From Fonticula alba ATCC 38817 (Eukaryota; Protista; Nucleariida): a DNA stretch of 64,000 nucleotides. The DNA is taken from NCBI GenBank assembly GCA_000388065.2, contig KB932204.1; one strand, written 5' to 3'. Shown here in pieces: positions 1 to 12,791 of the stretch; positions within the stretch are counted from its first letter, which is position 1, and each line of letters begins with the position of its first letter. Position numbers and translations under genes: made by a program. The notes beneath the pieces are model-generated. The model searched no databases. It saw only the letters and a list, made by a program, of their open reading frames with translations, and was not told the origin of the DNA.

Positions 1-651
1 CCGCATGTGGCCTCGCAGTGCCCGGGCAATGTGGCCGGGCCGGCATCGGTGCTGGGCATGCCGGGCCCGAGGCCCTTGCCGCATGATGGGGCCCTTGCGG
101 TGCCCGGCGGCCGGGCGGCTCAGGACCCGGCCCCGGCCCCGGCCCCGGGACCGATGCCGCCCCCGGGTCCAGCGCACCCGCTGGGCCTCCATCCGATGCA
201 GCTTTACACCCCGAACAGTCACCCCCCCGGGATGCCAAGCAACCCGGAGCACCGAGCCATGAGCTGGAAGCCGGCTGGCCTGAGTCCCATCCAGGAATCG
301 GCCAGCCCCTATTCGGCATCGCCCAGCATCGGAGGCTGGGTCAGTCCCACGATGCAGGGCCTCGCCGGGCCTGCGGCCTCCGGCTCGCCAGCATGCGGGG
401 TCCTTGCTGCTCGGCCGGGCCCCAGCCCGGGGGATAGCTTCTCCTGCCGGTCGGGACTGTCCATGGCCCTCGGAGGCCAGGTCCCCCTCGGCGTCATGGA
501 CGATGAGGATGCCAGTGTCAGCATCATCAGCTCCCGTTGTCCGGCGGCCAGCGGCGGCGTTGTGTCTTTGATCTCCACCAGTCGCGTGGGGCCTGGCGTC
601 CGGCCTCTGTCGCCCCCGCCCTCGCCTCCATCGCAAATGGCCGCAAATGGC

Positions 652-696
<45 letters not shown>

Positions 697-3600
697 GCCC
701 CGACGACGACGGCGGCTCCGACGCTGGCCGACCAGCCGGCCGTGGAGAGCCTGCCTGCCCGGATCGATGCCGACATGGTATTTTCGAGCCGCGGCAATCC
801 GGCCACTTGGCGACCCCCTCGGGCCCGTGTCATTTCCGAGGTGCCCTTGCCTCCGGCTTTGTCCCGGCGCAATAGCCTGGCCAAGGGTGTGGCCAATGGC
901 CGGCCGACCATGCCGCAGGAACCGGAGGCCGGCAGCTGCCCCTTGCCGCCACGCATCCGGCCGGAGCCACGGCCGCCGGCCATCTCGCCGGATGGGCACA
1001 TGGCGGGGCCGGCATCATCGCAACCCCTCTCGGCCTCCCTCCCGCTGGCTGGGCCGAATTTGGTGTCGCGGTTCACCGCGGCCACTCGTCGGGGGAGCTT
1101 CTCCGCCCGGCTGGAGATGCTTTCCACCTCGGAGGGGTTCACCCCGCTGGCCCTCGGGGCCCAGGGAGACGGCAGCAAGGCCGCCAGTCCGGAGAGGGGC
1201 CAGCTGCCGCCGCTGCCGCCGGCGTCCCTGCTTGCGGCCGGTCACCAGATCCTGGTTCAGCCCCCCTCGCCCCTCGTCCAGGTACCCCAGGCGGTGAGCC
1301 GGCCCCCAACGGCCTCCCTGCCCCGGATCACCATCAACCCCAGCAACAGCCCGCCCCTGCCGCCGGCCCTGGTTCCGCCGCCGGCGGGCGTGGCCGACCC
1401 CGGTCGGAGTGGCGATTCGTCGGTGCTCAGCAGCCCGGCCGAAGCCAATAGCCTCCCCCGGCCGCGGCAGCGGCGGTCATACTCCATCTGCCACAGTTTG
1501 GACCCCTCGTCGCCGAATCGGCCCGCCGTCGACGAGAAGGGGCTCTGGTCGTTGGCGGCCGAGCGCCGCCGGCCGCTCACTTGGGACTGGTTCAAGTCCA
1601 CCGAGGGGGAGATTTGGCGGGACATTCCCCTCTTTGCCCATGCTCCCAAGGGGTCGTACCTCATCTTGCCGGAGACGGCGGCCATCATGGCCGGCGGTGC
1701 GACCATCTTGCTGCAGTGCGCACATCCCTTTGTGGCCACTGCGGTGCGCAACCACTCGAAGATCGTCGACCGCCAGCCGGCGCCCGGGCCGCGCCATGGG
1801 AACTTGTCATCCTCGGCGGCGGCCTTCGTCGCGGCCCCGGCCAGTGGCGGCATTACCAAGCGCTTTAATGGGACCCTGGCCATGATGTACCGGATCGGTG
1901 CGTGTGTGCAATGGGGCCTTGTCATTTTGGGGGGCCCTCCTTTTGTTCTTCTTCTTCTTTTTCCCCAACAAGCCCAAGGGGTCCTTCGCATTCCGGCCGG
2001 ACCATTTCCCGCAACCTGTCGGGCGGCCGTCCTGCCGCTCTGAGTGGGGGGGGGGGCGCGCGGGGAATTGCCGCCACATTAAGACCTGCCCGCTTTTCGG
2101 GTGGCACTGTCCCTTGCTGACTATCGCCCTGGTCCCGGCTCTGGGGCACCCTCACCGCATCACAGCCTTCGGCACCTTTAATGAGGTTCTCTCGACCAGT
2201 CGCCGGGTTTATCGCATGCACGAGCGGGCGAAGGGCCTGATTCCGGAGCTGACGGTCGATGGGAAGCCGGCTCCGAATCTCGGGCCGCGGTACCCGCTCG
2301 GATCGACCTACAGCGCCCGCGATCCGGGGGCCCTGCAGTGGATCGCGGCCACCGTCCAGTACATGCAGTTTATCGCCACCGAAATCGTGCGTCGAGAAGA
2401 CCCGCCCGCCCGACCACACGGCCGCCAGAGTGCCCGAACACATGAGGGGACCAGGGGCCCGGGGGGGGGGGGGGGGGACACACCCGGCACGCCAGACCGA
2501 GGGATGAGCGCTTCTCCGCCGGGGCCAGATCATGACTTCGCAGGGAAGAGCCCCCGAGCCCGGTGTCCGCCCCCCCCCCCCCCCCCCCCCTTGGCTGTGT
2601 CTTATCATGCTGTGTGCTAACTTGCTTGTCGATTCCCCCCCGGAACAGATGCTCGGCCGGGAGTTCAGCGTCCACGAGAAGGACTCCGTCATCAAGCACA
2701 ACCGGCAATTCATCTATCCCTTCTTGGGCCTGGACCCGCGGAGTCCCGGGTCCACCAGCTGCTGGGAGGATCTGGAGGTGTATTTCCACTCGGTGTGTGA
2801 TTCGATTTACACCGAGATGACTACCAAGGAGGAGCCCCAGGTCGCGCGAGGCAGCCACAAAGGCAACCCCCTCCATAGGAAGGCCGCCCTGGCGGCCGGC
2901 ACGGAGCCCGATGATGAGGAGTGGTTTGATGCTGTGCCTGCCATGCTGGCACCGCACTCGCTCGACGCCAAGTTCATTAGCGACATTGTGCTGGTGCCCT
3001 TCCTGCCGATTGAGCGCTCGCTCGGTTTGAACAGCCTGGCCTCGATCACCGGTGCGTGTGATGCCCTCGGCGCCACTCTCGCGCTGCCCTCGATCCTCCA
3101 TGTGGGTGGGCATATCTCATGAGCAGCACCGCCCCCTCGCCCCCTTTCCGACTCGCCCTTCCCTCCCTGGGAGCTTCTTGTGCTAACTGCCACGCTCCTT
3201 GCTTTGCCCTTCTGCGCGCCCTACATTTCGCTGCTTGGCTGCTGCTGCTGCCTGGGTTGCCCGGCATCGGTGGGGATTTTTTTCGCACCTGCTGCACGGG
3301 GAAACGGGTTCGACGCGTCGACTGATGTCTGCCGCCGGCGGGGGGGGTGGGGGAAGTACAGCCATCATGCTCCCGGACAAGATTGCCCATGCCTACAAGC
3401 TCCCGATGCGGCCGATCGACCGGCTGTATGGGCTGCTGATCTTGGGTGTCGCACGGTCCATGTATCGCCTTATGCCGGAACCCCTGCGCCAGTGCACCCC
3501 ATACCGGGGGTTCCTGGCGCGGCTGCGTAGCTTGGCCGGGCGCTTCAATCGGACCTGGTCCACGCGTGCCCCGTCCAAGTACAAGTCCATGGGGCAAGGA

Positions 3601-3753
3601 ATCAAGGTCATGCGACAGCTGAAGGATGAGGAGTCCCGCGATTCGGCCAAGCCGCAGCCCGATTGGGCCAGCCGCGCGGCCAACTTCCTGGGAGTGCGCA
3701 TCCTCGACATGGCCCTTGCCCGGCTTGTGTCCACCTCGGACCAGATCAACTGA
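1..3753 (+). CDS. MpaB/Lcp (DUF2236) family putative heme oxygenase with long Pro/Ser-rich N-terminal region; probably 5'-partial; exons ~1-1897, 2166-2386, 2649-3051, 3362-3753
   Basis: Splicing at GTGCGT..CAG sites keeps frame and gives GGATILLQCAHPFVATAVRNHS, KRFNGTLAMMYRIAFG, VYRMHERAKG, YSARDPGALQWIAAT, which match DUF2236 motifs. The frame is open from base 1; the ORF-track start at 7 is GTG, not ATG. Confidence 0.85.
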
Positions 3754-4618
3754 TGGAGGGCCAGAGGTGCACCTGTGTGAGGGGTGTGCGCGCGCCGCCA
3801 CACCGACATACCGGAGATCGATGTCAGGCCGCGTGTTGCGCCTCGGGCGGAATGATTCCAAGCCCCTTCCCTTCAATAGCCCCCCTTTTCCTGACATCGT
3901 GCACTGTGTGTCCTTCGGGTTGGTGGGAGAAGGGGGGAAACCTCGAAACGGGGCTGCTCGCCGTCGGGGAGCCTCATATGCGGGTGCCTGGGCCAAGGCG
4001 AATCCCTCGCCCTGTGTGCCACAGGGAGTGACTCGCGTGTCTCGACACTCAGGCCGAAGGGAGGGGAGCACGCCTTTTTTTTGATGGAACCCCCCGGTAC
4101 CTCATGCAGGGGCATCCGTGATCCATTCCCTGAGACTCTGCTTGTTGCAGGCCTTGGCCTCGTCCTCGCCGCCACGGTGCAACCTCCCCGGTGTAGGTGT
4201 GGGGCTTTGGCTGGGCAAAGGCGTGTGTGCGTGCTGCGGCCTCACGCCGCCTCTCCGCCTCCTGGTCTCGACCCCCCGTCCACGGTCTCCTCCATGGGGC
4301 TTCCCCTCACACGGTCAGCCCTTGCGCCCCGGGCGCGCTCCCTATCTTCGCTTCTCGCGCGGTGAATCCACTTCGCTCCCGGCTTCGCCCCGGGCCCGGG
4401 AGAAACTCAGACAGGGGCGAACATGATCCCAGGGAGGGAGCGCCAAGCGGCCCGAGCGGACAATCCTTCCGCTGGAGGTTCAAAAATACACATCCAAAGC
4501 TACGAAAGCCTGGCGCTTTTCTGGACACGACACGGACATGCCTCCTTGCTTCCACCAGATCCGTCCGTTCCTTGCGGAGGCCATCTGGCGGGGAGGAGAT
4601 CGTTCTTTCGCTGGATTT

Positions 4619-4654
<36 letters not shown>

Positions 4655-5610
4655 CGGCAAGGGAAGCCCTGTCGGCCGTGCGCCAGACAATTAAGCCATA
4701 TCATCCCTGGTGCGGGTGAGGCCGGTGCAAGGTGTGCCGGGGCGGCGGGGCAGGAGAGCGCGGAGGAGCACATGTGAAGGAATCCCACCGCGAGAGGAAA
4801 TGCCCCGGACCCGCAGGGACACCCAGGGCATCCTAGACCGGATGGGTAATGCACGCGCGATCCAGAGCATGGGGAGGGAGGGGGTAAAATTGCTCGCGCA
4901 AAAATCCCCGGCCGTGCTCCAGCTGACAGCGCGTGCGGAGGTTGGCTCGATAGTACGCGAGCAGTTCCAGGAAATGTCTGTCCTCACACGTGCAATCGCA
5001 CTTGGCTGAGCCAAGAGGCAGGCATGGGCTGCTTTTGGCACTCGGGAAGAGGGGGAAGCGGCAGGTGCGATGTAAACATGGCGGTTTCGCTGCCATATGG
5101 CACTGAAGGCCGGGATCGAGGCCGGCATGGTGTTGCCATGGTGGGACTATTTAATCCCGGCACACTTCATGCCCCTCTCCCCAGGGTGCACAGGCACTTT
5201 GCCCGATGTCTGGCAAATGCGCGCGCCCTCTCTCACACACGCACACACACACACGCGTATATATATATACATATATATAAACACACGCGCGCCCGCACGT
5301 GCGAAAACGAGACAGACGGCGAGAGGGGGGGCAGAGCGAAGCATCAAAACCGGGGCAGGATGCCGGGAGGATGTATTTGGCGGGCTGGCGGGCGAGGAAG
5401 CCCGTCCGGCATACACAAGGACAGGAATACATGCGGTACATGCGCGATAGATCTAAGCCCCAGGCGCGGCAGCATGCGCTCGGGGAGAAAAAAAAGCCCC
5501 TCCGAAGAGGGACAGAAGACCCAGGCGGGAAAGATAGAAGGCGCATGGGAAGGGGGGGGGGGGGTTATACCGCGGCCTGCCGCGGTACGGGAAAGCCCAG
5601 AGCACGGAAC

Positions 5611-6370
5611 TCAGCGCAGCGGGGCCCGATCGACCACCCGACACAAGATCAGCAGGTCGCTGAGGTAGGCCGCACCGAAGAGACTGCCACATCGGTGCGA
5701 GAGGTACGGCGCCCGAGCGATGGACACCGCACGAAGGCCGGCCCGGGGGAGGACGTCGCGCACAAACCACACCGCATGCCGTTCGAAGGTGTCTGGACGG
5801 CTGTAGTCAAGCTCCGTGCGCACGGGAGTATCCTCCGGCGCGGCCAGGAAAGTCAAATGCGACTGAAGCTGGCCCGGGAGACGCTGCTTGGAGCAGGAGC
5901 AGATGGTCGAGTGGTGTCGGGACGAGCCGGGCGGAGGGACCGGCACCCCGGTCAGGGGATTGCTGGGTCGCGACCATGAAGAGCCGCCCTCCACCTGGGG
6001 GCTAAAGGGCAGGACCACGGCCAGCAAGATGAGGCCGCCGACGCGGGCCGGGTCGTCGGCTGGTGGCCGGGCCAGGCCACGCAGCTGATGCATCAAGGCC
6101 AGAGGGTCGTCAACACGATCCAGGACATTGAGACACATCACCAAATCAAAGGGATCGTGCTCGGTGATGACCTCATCTTCACTCGGGGGAGAGTGGGGCA
6201 CGGGGGGCGGGGAGAAAGAGAAAGGGTCAGTGTGAGCGTCATGCACACGCTTGGTGGCGACGGTGGGGCCTCAGGGACGCAGGCACGCGTGGCCCCGTGT
6301 GCCTTCATGTCCAATGGCATGGGCATCCACATATACACACATCAGTATGCGGACACGCATGCACATGGGA

Positions 6371-6401
<31 letters not shown>

Positions 6402-7659
6402 TACACGAGCATGCATGCTCGCGTATTTGCCCTCTTGGGACGGCAGGCCAAACAAGCGGCATCCCCCTCTTCGCGGCCCAGGCCTGTAAGTGTGTTCCTG
6501 CCTTCTTGGCGACAAGGAGAGTGGACAAATGCGCACCCAGATTGGTCCCTCCGAAAACCGCGTCGATGGCGGGATTCTGCTGGAGAACGCGCGTCATCCA
6601 AGTGCTAAACTCGGTCGCCATGCAAAAGTCCAGGGCCAAGTGGCTGTGGCGCCTGGGAGATCCATCCACGGCGGTGGCTTCGGCCGTCGGGGCCGGCGGG
6701 CCGAAACGCAGCTCCCGCAAGACCGACCCATCACCAGCGCCGACATCGATGGCCCGGCGAATGGCGTCGCCCGATCGGTTGAAGGCACTCGGTAGGTGTC
6801 CGGCACGTACGGCCGCGGCCACCATGGCTCCGAGTTGCGCACGCGACACGACGAACATTCCGCCGACTGTGCTCCGGAAGGCCAGGTCCGTGGATTGATC
6901 CAGGGAGGTGGAGGCCGAAGGAGCCGGCGAAGGCGCCAGAGCTCGAGTCAGCCAGCCGGGGCTGAAGCGAGACAGCAAACGCCGACTGACGGCCGTGGCC
7001 GTGGTCATGCCTTCCATGACCAAGGTCAGGGCGGCATTGGCATCGGTGGTCGACAGGCCGAGGGCATGGTGAAGGATCGGAAAGCCAAGACGGGCGCGCA
7101 GGCGGTCCGAAATGGACCGGACCCGCCCAGCAGTCGACTGTCGACCACGCATCAGAAAACGCCGGGTGGAGGGATCGCCACAGGCATCGAAGAGCTCCGC
7201 CTCGGCGAGAATGGCCGGGCAGGGCTCCCGGCCGGCTGCCGCCATGGCGCCAATCTCCGACCCTACCAAAAGTGACCGCACCGACGTGTGGAGCATGGTC
7301 TCCCGGAGCTCGTAAAGTGGTGGGGCTCGGTGGACACGAGCACGCGAGCCGACCGGCACTCGGCCACGCCGGGGCCGTGCGCCGAGGAACAACACCCGGG
7401 CCACGTCGAAATCCTGGCGGCCGAGGGTGCCACTAAACAGCGGCCCAAGATCCTGGGCGCAGGAGTCCTCGTGGAAGCGCCAGGCGGCCGACTGGGACAA
7501 ACGATCTAGGTCCAGGGCAGATGGACCCCCGGCAGGCAAGGGTGGAGAGGGGGAAGGAAAGGAAGACACCGGCTGGTCAGCCAGCGGGCCGGCTGGCTGG
7601 TCGGCCTCGGCGCGCGGCGGCTGAGACCGGCGCTTGCGTGCCTTCTGGCTGGGCGACAT
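5611..7659 (-). CDS. METTL9: METTL9/DREV-family protein-histidine methyltransferase; at least 2 exons (7659-6537, ~6180-5611)
   Basis: MFVVSRAQL, SAM motif I AIDVGAGDGSV, CMATEFSTWMTRVLQ, FDLVMCLNVLDRVDDP, LLAVVLPF and APYL...YLSDLLILCR follow the DREV family order. The 3' acceptor of the intron is uncertain. Confidence 0.85.
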
Positions 7660-8615
7660 TTCCGCAGGGAGAGGAGGACAACAACTGGCCGGGCGGGGGG
7701 GGGAGAGAGAGAGAGAGAGAGAGAGGAACGGAGAGCCAGGCAGCGATGGATGAAAAGCCCGAAGAGGAGGAGGGGGAAGGAGGCAATTGGACTCGGGTGG
7801 GGGGACCAGCAACCCGGACCGGCAAGGGGCCTTCAAATGCCCTGGATCAAGGGAAGACAGGAGCGCTGGGGGATAGGGCAGTTGCGCCTGTTGGCAGAGG
7901 ATGCTCCCCCCAGCGCCTGCCTGTGAGCCTGGCAACTCTGCATGGGAGATGGCTCCGTTCGCGGGGGGGGGGGGGGTTCCCTCGCGGGAGGGAGCCGGTG
8001 ATTGCGGGTGCCGGGAAATGTCGACAGCCGACGGAGCTGCATGAATATGTGCCCCAATTTTCGGCATTAGCATCGTGGCACATATACCCTTCGTAAGCAT
8101 GTGATCCCCGACCGCGCTCCGCCACAGGCCCAGGCCCCGCAACGAAGCCAACTGTGGCCAGGCCGCCCCGGGAGCCGCGGCTGGTGGGACGGGTGAGGGG
8201 GGGGGGGGGGGCAGTGGGGCAACAGGCCAGCCGGAAAAGGGCGGGGCTGGAGACCCTCGGAGGGGCCCAAGGTAACCGGCCAATCGGGAAGGCCGTTGAC
8301 CGCATCTTATATGCCTCACTTGTGTTCATATCTCGAGCGTGCCGCGGAGAGATAGCCTCTCAGGGCGATACATGCGGTGGTCTTTTGTGATGCACCCCCC
8401 CCCCCCCCCCCCGGAACGGGGAGCAGGTGTGAGAAGGTGCTGGCAGTTCCTGCTTGCAGTTCTTTTTTTTTTGACCCGAGTCTCGACCAGTTCGACAACC
8501 GCGCCAGCAAGCATATCTCTCTCCCCGTACCGGGGCCTGCCGCCTTCATGACTGTCTTCCTGGAGGTCTTGAGGCCGTAACTCCTGCTTGCATCTCGAAC
8601 ATACCCAGAGAGGGG

Positions 8616-8654
<39 letters not shown>

Positions 8655-9441
8655 CGAGAGGACAGAGAAAGCCCGAGGATATTCACAGAGAAACAAGGCC
8701 AAATCCAATGTGCAGTGTCGCCGACAAACATCCAGGGATGGGCTGATCGTCCTTTTTCACATGGTGACGGTATGGGGCTCTGAGTGCGGTCTTTCTGAGC
8801 CTTCCTTCCCCCCCCTCCTCCCGCCTTGGCCGGCAGGACCGTGGATCGTGGGCCGCGCACAGAGCAGCAGGGGGGCCAGCGGATCCGGATTGACTCAGAG
8901 GTGTACAGTGCTCTCGGGCCCTGGTGTCCCCCCCCCGCCCCCCCCACGGGCGAAAGCCCGACTCAGAGACCGCCCGAAGTATGCAGGTGCATGCGTGTGC
9001 ACGCACGCGCGCGCGTGGAGGGGGGGGGGGAGGCACCCGTTGCCGCGGCTCCTGAATTCTTTCTCCCCAGCCACCTGGGATCTGCCCCCTCCCCTCGGAA
9101 AGGTACGGGGCGGGGATCCCGATGATCGGCGGCCCCGGGCTCTCGCCCCCCGCCCCCCCCCCCGGGGGGGGGGGGGGGGGGAGGTCCTCCCTTGGGGGGG
9201 ATCTCGAGCTCCCCTCCTGGGTTGGGAACAGAGGAAGCCGGAGGGGCGAGGGGGAATGGAGGCTGGGGGAGGGTGTTGTCATTTTTTCCGCGACCTCCTC
9301 CCTCGCAGCCTCCACCCGACTCACTCTTCATCCCTCTCCCCCTCTTTCCGACCACACCTACTCCTTTGTTTTCAGTCTCTCCACGACTGGACACCCTGCA
9401 TATTCCCTCACTTTTTCCGCCTCCTTCGCCTCTCGTTTGCC

Positions 9442-9480
<39 letters not shown>

Positions 9481-9539
9481 CCTCCCTGCTCTTCCTTAAG
9501 CGGCCGTCTCCCTCGAGAAACACCCGCATCCCACGCAGC

Positions 9540-11317
9540 ATGAGCTCATCTCCATTCTTCGGCAAGGGGAAGTTCTATGGCTTCCCCGAGTCGGCCATCC
9601 CTGCCACTCCGACCCCCTCGGCCATGTTGGTTACCAACATTGCCTCCGAGGTCAAGGAGAAGGATCGTGCGTTCGCTTTGCCCGTGTTCCTTTTCTGCCC
9701 CCCCCCCTCCCTCCGCTCCCATCTCGTCGTCGATGCTGACACTCTCGCTGCCCGCCACCGCACACGACACACCCACACCCACACCCACAAACACACACAG
9801 TTGACGACTTCTTTGCATTCTGCGGGGAGATCTCCGCGATCCATGTCATTTCCTGGCCACCCCAGTCGTCGGAGGAATCGAACCAGGACTTGCCTGCTGT
9901 GGCTGGCGCTGGCCTCAACTCCCGCACCAAGCGCGCCATCATCCTCTTCAAGCGTCCTCAGGCCGCCAAGACGGCCATCCTCTTGCACCAGGCCCTGATC
10001 AACGGCCGCCCGGTGGAGATCACGCATCTGTTCACCAGCGAGCAGCTAGCTGCCTCGCTGGTAATCGACGGCTCGGACAGCGTGGCTGCCAGCGATACGG
10101 ATGGCTTCATTGAAATTGACGATTCCGGCTCGGTCATGACCACCCGGGCCTCGCGCATCGCCAAGGAGTACGGATCGGCCGGCGAGGAGGATCTCCTCCT
10201 TGGCCCGGAGGACAGCATTGAGGATGGCCCTCTGCGCCAGGAGCACAAGGTACGGGCCTGTGTGCTTCTTTTTTTCCCTCCTTCGAGGATCTTTTGCTCC
10301 AGCCATGGACGTCCCTTCCCTCAGCCTTCCCTCGGCCGGCCTTCCTTCTCCTGACATATCCTCCCCCTCCCCCTTTGTCAACCGCTCACTTTGCTTTCTC
10401 TTTCTTCCTCTTTCGCGCACGACACCCTCCCCTCCCCCCCTCCCTTTTCTGCCCGCCAGCCTAAACTCAGCATCATGGCCGAGCTCATGGACCGGGGTTA
10501 CAAGTTGACCGAGAAGATCCTTCAAGATGCCAAGGCCTTCGACGCGAAGCACGGCATCTCGGCCAAGTTCGCGTACCACCTGGAGCAGGCGCGTGCTCTG
10601 GATCGCGAATATGAGGTTGGCGCGCGGGCCGACGCGGCGGTTGAGGCTGCCCGCGTGAGTGCGGCCACCGCTCTGGCCGCGGCCCAGGACGCCGTTATGG
10701 CGGCCGCTGGGGCTGCCCGGCAGCTTGATGCCACTTACGGCCTGCAGCAGCGGGCCCAAGCCGCGACGGATGCCATCAAGGAGAGTGATGCCGCTCGGGC
10801 CGTGGCCGATGCCTTCCGTGCGGCGCAGGCCAGTGAGCCTGCCCGTCGGGCGGCCGCTGCCCTGGAGGCCCTGCAGGAAAGTGAGCCTGCCCGGCGGTTG
10901 TCGGCTTCGGCCACGGCTGCGCGAAACTCCGAGGCCGGCAAGGCCTTCGAAGCGGCAGTTCTCGCGGCGGCTGCCGCTTTCAATGCTGTTGGTGCCGCGG
11001 CCTACGAGGCGGCCACCGGGCAAAAGCTTCACCCCTCATCGGCTGCTGCGGCGGTGGCTGCCGCCCATGATCTTGACTCGCAGCACCCCGAGGCCCTGGA
11101 CCTGCTGCTCAATGCCGACGATCTGGCCGCTGCCCGGCGCTGGATGAACGAGACGGACCCGGATTCACCGCTGGTCGACGCGGTCGAGGGTCCTGCGGTC
11201 GGAGCAGCCGCCGCTTCCCCGGCGGCGGTCGGTGCCGTGCGTGATGTTTCCTCCTCGCCGGAGTTGCTGGTCGACGCGCCGGCGCCCGGGGGGAAGGAGC
11301 AGGAGTTCCAGGCCTAA
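9540..11317 (+). CDS. RRM protein of the fungal Vip1 / plant BPA1 type; exons 9540-9666, 9801-10249, 10460-11317
   Basis: Spliced sequence LVTNIASEVKEKDLDDFFAFCGEI...AIILFKRPQAAKTAILLHQALING, then QEHKPKLSIMAELMDRGYKLTEKILQDAKAFDAKHGIS, the family's post-RRM signature. Confidence 0.85.
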
Positions 11318-12791
11318 TGTCTGACACGCGCTCCCATGCACAAGGACCGAGGGGAGGGGAGGGGGGGGGGGGGGGGCAGGGGGAAGAGAGGGAGAGGATG
11401 GTCTCCACCCTCCCAAGTCTTCTCCTATGTGGTGGTCCCCATACTGAGGGAACTGTCTTCCCCTCGCCCCCTCGCTCCCCCCTCCTCCCCCCCCCCCCGA
11501 CCACCTCTCTCTCCCCTCCTTGTTTGAAAGAAAAAAGAATTTAACCGCACCCTGCATTCTCTTTCCCCATGAGTGAGAGGTTCTTTCCGCTCCTTTTTTT
11601 GGATATGTGCCCTGCGTACAGCAGCCCTGCTTTTCTAGCAGCGAGAGGGGGAGGTGCTCCAGGGAGTGGGTGGGAAGTGGGTGGGAAGTGGGTGGGGAGA
11701 GGAGGGGGAGGGACAGGGAGAGAAAGAGAGCGACATGTGCCTCCTCCTTCATTCATCAAATGCTCGCAAAAGCAAACCACATCTCCCCCCACTTTTGGGT
11801 GAAAGAGGCAGGAAGAGAAGGAAACACACAAGAAAGGGAGGAGGTCCAGACCAAGGGGGAGGGGCTATTAAATTTCTACCATCTATTAATCTTTGGCGGT
11901 TGGTTTGGGGTTTGGGGGAGGAGGAGGGGAAAGGATGGAGGGTGTACTAGGCGTGAATAGAGCATGCACACGTGGGAAAGCATGCATGTGTGCGCCCGTA
12001 GGGACGCGCGCATGCTTTCACGCCCCCCATCACATGTGGCCACAGTGGTGCAAAATCTTCGGACGTGGATCAAACAGGGAGCAGAGCGGGAGAAAGCAGG
12101 CGAAGGGGGAGGAGGAGGGAGGTCTGAAGGGGAGGGGGAGGGAGAGGGAGGGAGATGCCTCCGGCCGGCCACCAGGGCAAGAGGGGAGAGAGAGAGAGAG
12201 AGAGAGACAGGAGGAGGGGAAAGGGAGGAGAGGAGGGGGGGAACTCATCAACAAAACTGGCGTGGATCCTGGACGCCCTGGCGCCGATGTTTCTCCCCCT
12301 GGCCAGAGGGAGAGAGAGGGAGAAACACAGGAGCATAAGGGGGGAGCACACAGGAATCCGGGGGTCGAGAGAAACCGGCGCCCAAATCACAAACAGGACA
12401 CAGCCCGCACGCTGAGAAAGAGGGGGAAGGGAGGGGGGGGGGGACAGGGGGGAGGAGGGAGAAGTGAGGGGAGAAATGTATGGCAGCCTCTCTGCACCAC
12501 TCTCTCGCCACTTTCCCATTTTCCTCCCTCTTCCTCCTGCCCGCCGGGCCTCATCGGCCCCACGCCCCCAGCTGTGGGGAGAGCAGGGAGGGACGGGTGG
12601 GGGGTAGGGGGGGGGGGGGGGGGGGCGCGCGTACAGTAAAGTGCGGTCAAAATCAAAATGCTGAAAACAGCGAGCGGAGAATACACAGGGAGGAGCCACT
12701 CTGGCGGGGCTCCTCTCCTGTCCATCGGACCTCCACCTCACTATTACAAGTGGAAGGGGCGAGCCGGCTTCGGGAGGCGAGCAGGGGGCTC

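Noticed and set aside
4710-5128. Protein-like ORFs on both strands (MPRTRRDTQGILDRMGN.. on +; ..ELLAYYRANLRTRC.. on -) between two convergent genes
   Set aside because: No recognisable domain or convincing splice sites; short ORFs are expected at this GC content. RNA-seq would be needed.
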